DNA of 55,273 bases, from positions 1-55,273 of the forward strand of contig JAUCBJ010008610.1 of NCBI GenBank assembly GCA_032718475.1, written 5' to 3'. The notes beneath the pieces were generated by a model, which was not told the DNA's origin, did no database searches, and saw nothing but the letters and a program-made list of their open reading frames with translations. Shown here one piece after another: positions 48,594 through 55,273 of this stretch (within the stretch, counting starts at the first letter, position 1; each line of letters starts with the position of its first letter). The stretch comes from Nemertoderma westbladi (taxonomy: Eukaryota; Animalia; Xenacoelomorpha). The position numbers and the translations under genes were made by a program.

Positions 48594-51500
48594 CAGGTAC
48601 AGGTCAATACAATTACAGGTCAGGTCAGGTATTCTAGGTCATTGATCAAGAAAACTTGCCACCTCCATGCAGCATAAAGGAGGTGCCACCTGTAGCTGCA
48701 TAGACCCTCTTACTAGGGCAAATCTGGTCCTGTAACTAGGACCCCCTTCGTTCGGGGATAAGGACGCCCTTGGTCCTGGATTAAGGACCCATATACTTGG
48801 CTGCAGGGGTATATGGCCTGACCAGGCAGATGGTGATCTACCAATGGCTGGTCAGGAGTAGAGTGTTCTCATGTCCACTCTGAGAGCACTTCACTGCGAC
48901 CTGCACCTGGCAGCAAGGGTACAGGGCATGACCCAGCAGATGAGCTGCAACAGCCAATGGTGGGTCATGTGCGCCAGAGTAGATATGGGTGATGGGCCTC
49001 ATATCTGACTCCATTGCGACACCCACCCTGTGGAATGGCAAACCAGGGTGTGGTATTTGCCCCGAGAGCTGACTCGGCAAAAAAGCACCCCCCAACCCCC
49101 ACTATGGATTACATTAGCAATGCGGAGGTCCGGCCACTAGAGGCCAGTGGAATTACCGGACACAATCGGCCTCACAGGCGTCAGTTAACTCCTGACCGGC
49201 TGCCTGTCTCACCCCCTACTGGAGAGAGAGCAGCCAACAATTCTTTGAGTCCCATTTCTGATGACCTTTCTGGCCCAAACCCTGGGTCACCAGGAAGGCC
49301 ATATTGTGATGGGGAGAGGGATTCTGGAGTTGGAGGCTACTCTCATGTTCCACCCCGACCAACAAAGCCATTGGTGAATCTGAGGCAAGTCACAAGACTA
49401 GCCTCAGTAAACACCCTAACACTCGGGTCCCCAATGCGACAAGGTGAGCTGACTGCCTTGGCAGATAAGCTTTCTCTTAGCGCAGTGGGTGTTCAAGAGC
49501 ACCGAATGCAGACTGGACAGACTGATGAGGTTCTGATTAAGGACATGGGGGGCGGTTGGCGACTCGCCCTCGCGTCAGCAGATAATAGTGGCAATGGTGG
49601 AATTGGTCTATTGATGAATCCAACTGCACATGCATCATTGGACAAAATAGACCAAATCTCTAACCGCATCATCCGTTGCCACTTCTCATGTTCTGGAAGA
49701 CTGGCTAAGAAGTTTCCTAAGGTGGTTCTGATTGTGTGCTACTCTCCAACTAGTGTTGCCCCTGTAGAGGAGGTGGAAAATTTCTACCACAATCTACAAG
49801 CAGCTACTGATGGAGTGGATCAGCATGCATTCTTAACATTCCTGGGAGACTTTAATGCAAGTCTGCATCAATCACCTACATCGCCCTGGGTCTATAGCAA
49901 TAGTGTTAACCGAAATTCTGTCCATCTTCAGGATTTTATCTCTGGAAATGGATTGTTTTCGGCTGGAACCCAGTTCAAGAAGCGAACTGGAAAGCTATGG
50001 ACTCATAGTGGACCCAGTGGTCACAAGTCCCAGATAGACCATATTCTGTTTCGTAGGAAATACAGGAGCTCTATACAAGACTGTAATGCATTTACACTTC
50101 GACCCTTCTCCAGTGATCACCGCTTTATTGTGGCCACGGTAAGACTTAGTCTGCGTGCTAGCAGAACAACGAAATCTGCCTTGCCGCGGCATGACTGGTC
50201 CTCTCTGTTGTAACAGCCAAGTGTGAGATCCAGCTTCACACTACAGCTGAGCAACAGGTATGAGGCTCTTGCCTCTGAGGCAGCAGATCACTGTGAGGGC
50301 TATACTGCCTTTACAGAAGCAGTTAAGTTAGCTGCTGCAGAAACAGTTCCTGAATACCCTCGAAACAGGAAAAGGGCCCCCTGGACTGACAACAAAATTC
50401 AGAAGTGCCGAAATGACCTTCATAAGGCGCAGAAAGAGTCCCGGCTCAAACAGACTACAGCGGCCAAGAATGCAGTTAAGGCTGCATCTAGGTCCCTGAA
50501 CAGGCAGTACTCTGCTAATCTACAGGAGCTATTAAGCCAACAGGTTGATGCCATCAATGATGCTGACGACAGCAGGCAATCATCCCAGGCATGGAAATCG
50601 ATCAATCTGCTTACTGGGCGGAAAAGCCAACCAACCACCAAGGTTAAGGCTGAATCACCAGCCGATCGCCTCAATGGTTGGAAAGCCCACTTTGAAAAGC
50701 TCCTCAATAATGACAGGGTATTGCCTGATAACTTTATAGAAGTAAAAGTGTCTGAGTCTGTACTCCCAGATATTCCCATTGGCGATATCTCCTTAGCAGA
50801 AGTGAAGGCTGCTGCAAAGAGCATTAAGACCAATCGTGCCAGTGGAGTAGATGGTGTTCCCCCTGAGGTCTTTAAAATACCTGAGTGTTTAAAGCTCATC
50901 TATCCCATCATAGTAGACATGTACCGAACAACAAGAGTCCCACAAGAAATGAAAACAAATAAGTTGGTGCCAGTTCCCAAGAAGGGCAACCTAACACTCT
51001 ATGGTTCTTTTCGGGGAATCTCATTGATCTCGATTGCTGTAAAGCTATACAATAGGATTCTATTAAATCGCATCAGGGATCCCATTGAGAGACTGCTCCG
51101 TGGAAATCAGAATGGGTTCCGTAAAGGTCGTGGGACCATGGAGCCCATTTTGGCACTTAGAAGGATAATTGAAGAGTTATCAAAAAAGAAAGTCAGGCAT
51201 CTGGCTGTTATCTTTGTTGACTTCTTCAAGGCCTTTGATTCAGTCTCTCGCTCACGTATGTTCAGCATACTTTCATTATATGGGATTCCTGATGAAATTA
51301 TTGCAGCAATCAGATCAGTATATGATGGTTCGACAACATTTGTGTCTACTGTTAACGGTGACACAGAACCATTTGAAGTGTTATGGGGCGTCCTCCAAGG
51401 AGACACACTTGCACCATTCTTGTTTATTATTGTGGTTGACTATGTTCTACGCATGTCCTTAGATCATTATAATGATGATGGGGTGATGATAACTCCACCT

Positions 51501-52380
51501 ACTGGCTCCAGAAGTCGAGGAAATCCTGCCAAGTACCTATCTGATCTAGACTTTGCTGATGACTTAGGAGTACTCTCAGAATCATTAGAGGGAGCCCAAC
51601 GGTTCCTCAGCTCATTAGAACATGCTGCTTCTAGTGTTGGTCTTTTTATTAACTCCAGAAAGACCAAAATTCTGACAGTTAACTTTGAAAGTCCTCAGCA
51701 AGTCTCTGATCGGATGAGCATAAGCTCAAAGGATGGTATGCTTGAGCATGTGGACGACTTCTGTTACCTGGGATCATGGATCCGGAAGTCAGGTGAGGAC
51801 CTTCGAATACGTAAGGGAAAGGCATGGGCTGCCTTGAATAGGCTTTCCAGGATTTGGAAGTCACCGAGAATTAATCGGAAACTTAAGGTCCGATTATTTA
51901 GAGCAGCAGTTGTTCCAGTACTCCTCTACGGGAGTCCATGCTGGGCTCTAACTGCTGAGGACACCAAATCTCTGGATGGCACATTCACAAGAATGCTACG
52001 CCGGGTTCATTGTGTCAAGTACAATGCACACATCTCCAACCAGACACTATATAACATTGGAGGTGTCTCATTGGTTCCCCCAAGCTTGACACTAGAATAA
52101 AATCGCCTCCGCTTTGCAGGACATTGCTTTCGCCGTGAGGACCAGCCAGTGCATAATCTTGTACTTTGGCAGCCTCATGGAGTGAATAAGCATGGTGGAC
52201 AGCCCATGACTTTCTTGAGACGCATCTTAAAGGACACTGGCCTTAAAGATGCGGATGATCTAGCAAATGTCATGGGTGATAGGGAGTTGTGGCGGTGCAA
52301 TTTTGTTGACAAGCCGGCACAGCATTCTTAAAAATGCAGCTGCAATGCAGCATGCCGATCCTAGTAGTAGTAGTAGTAGT
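48594..52380 (+). mobile_element. Full-length RTE-like non-LTR retrotransposon (APE endonuclease + RT, one ORF broken by two TAA stops)
   Basis: APE motifs GVQEHR, GDFNA, IDHIL, SDH; RT motifs QNGFR, FVDFFKAFDSV, QGDTLAP, LDFADD. In-frame TAA at 50211 and 52098. (TAG)n tail; near-perfect 13-bp TSD GTAGTTTCCAATA (48581-93) / GTAGTATCCAATA (52376-88). Confidence 0.93.
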
Positions 52381-52559
52381 ATCCAATAAATGACAATTTG
52401 CTGAAAAAAACTGAGAAGCTGAGAGAGGTCAAATCACCACAGTTGTTCTTATGTCCCAGTCGCTATCGGGGACCTATGTTTTTTGCAATAGCCAAAATGC
52501 GATGGTCCTAAGCGAGGTTGTTACAGTACAATGTGCTAATAATGTGGTCGTACGACCAA

Positions 52560-53178
52560 GTGGCACATTCACTGAGGTCCTAGCAGTCGTGGCACTGTGA
52601 ACCATACCGTACCATCACTGAGGTCTTAGCAGTCATGGCACTGTGAACCATACCGTACCACCACTGAGGTCTTAGCTGTCGCGGCACTGTGAACCATACC
52701 GTACCACCACTGAGGTCTTAGCAGTCGTGGCACTGTGAACCATACCGTACCACCACTGAGGTCCTAGCAGTCTTGGCACTGTGAACCATACCGTACCACC
52801 ACTGAGGTCCTAGCAGTCGTGGCACAGTGAACCATACCGTACCACCACTGAGGTCTTAGCAGTCGTGGCACTGTGAACCATACCGTACCACCACTGAGGT
52901 CTTAGCAGTCGTGGCACAGTGAACCATACCGTACCACCACTGAGGTCCTAGCAGTCGTGGCACTGTGAACCATACCGTAGCACCACTGAGGTCTTAGCAG
53001 TCGTGGCACTGTGAACCATACCGTACCACCACTGAGGTCTTAGCAGTCGTGGCACAGTGAAGCATACCGTACCACCACTGATGGCCTAGCAGTCGTGGCA
53101 CTGTGAGCCATACCGTACCACCACTGAGGTCCAAACAGCAGAGTCGTGGAACTGTGAACCATACCGTACCACCACTGA
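52560..53178. repeat. 46-bp tandem repeat (~13 units)
   Basis: Unit CACTGAGGTCTTAGCAGTCGTGGCACTGTGAACCATACCGTACCAC. Confidence 0.95.
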
Positions 53179-53184
53179 TTGTCC

Positions 53185-53443
53185 CAATTACCTAAAACAA
53201 AAATTCAACAGAGTACGCGATACAGACTCTTACAGTACCAGAGCTAGTGCTTCAAACTTCTACCTCCCGAATTGTAAATCCTTTGAATCTGATACTTTCT
53301 TTTTTAACGGTATTAAAAATTGGAACGCTCTGCCTAATGAAATTAAAAACCTAAATAATCAACATTCTTTTAAATCTGCAGTTAAATCTCACCTCCGTGT
53401 GCAATGTAAAAATAGGTACAATAGTCCTACAGTAAGTTATTAG
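53185..53443 (+). mobile_element. 3' end of a CR1/L2-clade LINE ORF2
   Basis: Translates to YSTRASASNFYLP...TFFFNGIKNWNALPNEIK...SFKSAVKSHL (WNxLP motif). Confidence 0.75.
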
Positions 53444-54028
53444 TTTATTAATTATTTACTATTTATACTGTAATTACGTTTTTAATAAATTGTTCTGTAC
53501 ATTACATCTTTATCGTTAGCTTTATAATGAAAAATACATATTTTATCATTATTATGAATTTTTTCAGACCCCCAGACTGTCTATGTAACTTTCTACAGGA
53601 AGATAAATTTGTTGAAATTCAGGAAATTTACAATTAAGGATATACAATATTTGAATTACATCACTGAGTTACCAGCTGGACTAAATATGTCAAGTGACCA
53701 ATCAAATGAAAGCTTAATATACCCTCTTTCTCACTGCTTGATCCTCATTGGCTGTTTTCCTACTTAGGAGAAATAAGAACAGGAAATGTTATGCAGCAAA
53801 GGGTTAAACACACAATAGGTAGGGTTCTTGTGGATACAACTTCGAAACTGCATCAGTTGCTCCAATGATAAGAACTATAAATGATAAATGATAAGAATCA
53901 TTTACGGAAAATGTGGAGTAAATTTTAATATCTAAAGGTCACTAATTCAGGACATTCTAGATATTTGAACATTGTTTGTCGTGGGAGTAGTTAGTCACCG
54001 TCATACGTAGTTTGGTTTATGGAACTAA

Positions 54029-54305
54029 GACAATTGCCCCCCGGAGAATAACCCCCGAGGACAATTGACCCCGAGGATAATTGCCCCGAGGAGAATTGCC
54101 CCCGAGGACAATTGCCCCCGAGGACAATTGCCCCCGAGGACAATTGCCCCCGAGGACAATTGCCCCCGAGGACAATTGCCCCCGAGGACAATTGCCCCCG
54201 AGGACAATTGCCCCCGAGGACAATTGCCCCCGAGGACAATTGCCCCCGGACAATTACCCCCGAGGACAATTGCCCCGGTCTATTGCCCCCCTGGACAAAT
54301 GCCCC
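54029..54305. repeat. 16-bp tandem repeat GAGGACAATTGCCCCC (~16 units), probably part of a non-autonomous transposon
   Basis: Direct periodicity; all overlapping ORFs are periodic. Confidence 0.9.
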
Positions 54306-54692
54306 CCCCCCCCCCTCCCCAATATTTTATTTAATGAATGTATTTTTAAATCTTGAAATTCTTTGAATGTTTTCGTATGGTTTTATGAAATGCAAGTAAT
54401 AATATTAACCTAGATCAACACTTCTGAACTTTATATTTTTATGCTTTTTTTCAAATCAAAGATTTTTTCTAGAACAATTTGATTTGATCACCATTTGTAA
54501 ACTTTAAATTTTTATGTGAATTTTAAAATATGCACGATTTTTTTTCTAAAACAATTTGATTGGCTTTCTGCTAGCTATAGCTTTTTTATGACGTAATTGA
54601 ATGGCTTCAGTGCGTTAACGTTATATTTTTATTCTGATTTGTAATGAAATACTTCAGTTGGAAAATATCGAAATTATTGAGCACATAAATAA

Positions 54693-54876
54693 GGCCGCGT
54701 TCACACTACCGAGTCTAAGTCAAAAGACAAAATTTAACAAAAATAACAAGAAATTAATTTTTTTCTAGAACGCCCTTATGTAGTATATTAGGCTTATATA
54801 ATGTATTATTATTTATTATTGCTAGCTAGCTGTATTTATTTTATTTTGACTTTGAGTCGGTAGTGTGAACGCGGCC
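54693..54876. mobile_element. PIF/Harbinger-type MITE
   Basis: TIR GGCCGCGTTCACACTACCGA with TAA TSD on both sides. Confidence 0.85.
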
Positions 54877-55273
54877 TAAGCAGACATGGATGTTTTATTA
54901 AATATAAAACGGACTTAGCTATAAAAAAATTATTGTTTAATGTTGTAACAGTAGTAGATAAAGCATGGCCCCGGCAGAAGTCCTCCCTAAGCTTGGGCTA
55001 TGGGCATTCCGTTCGGAGGCAATTAAAAAATGACAAATTTCGACGCTAAATCGAGGTGTTTAATGACCATCTGTCGCCATCAATATTGATTCGCCTCGTT
55101 GCCTTCAACCAATCGCTGCGTATCACCTACGCGTAGCCTAACCTCGCGATGCCCGCCTTACTCCTACAGCTGTTACCTCCCGTCAGTATTGGTTCGAGTC
55201 GTTGCATCAACCAACCATCGCATATTCATCTTCGCGCGTAACGTAACCTCTCAACGCGTGGCTTGTAAAATCC

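Noticed and set aside
50211-50222. Programmed read-through or a two-ORF structure between APE and RT
   Set aside because: RTE elements normally have one ORF. The second TAA (52098) is CAA in the copy at ~28736, so this copy carries nonsense mutations; the first stop is probably one too, although no second copy in the window covers it.
53568-53820. Possible exon with AG/GT boundaries
   Set aside because: Each frame I read hits a stop, and I recognise no protein similarity.
53991-54366. ORFs in all six frames
   Set aside because: A 16-bp GC-rich repeat that lacks stop codons.

Overview
This is AT-rich metazoan (invertebrate) genomic DNA; it is not prokaryotic and has no CRISPR array. The left half holds the six 3' coding exons of a USP7 gene (+ strand, 192-24764), and all six join in phase. 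One ~14 kb USP7 intron (414-14383) contains four complete-looking housekeeping genes: RABGGTB (-, 3 exons), TRMT112 (+, itself inside RABGGTB intron 2), OXA1L (+, head-to-head with RABGGTB) and a Ral GTPase (-). That intron opens with ~50 tandem copies of a 35-bp unit that duplicates USP7's own exon end and GTAAGT splice donor. The right half holds two tandem, divergent class-A GPCR genes (-). One of them appears to have an extra intron with terminal inverted repeats, a 38-bp GTGAGTAT satellite in its next intron, and a stop codon lying inside a 45-bp satellite unit. The rest is mobile DNA: an RTE-like LINE family with (TAG)n tails (one full-length copy with a highly structured 5' UTR), other LINE and LTR remnants, tRNA-derived SINEs, many MITEs and a ~1.1 kb foldback palindrome. 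All coordinates and repeat counts were read by eye.
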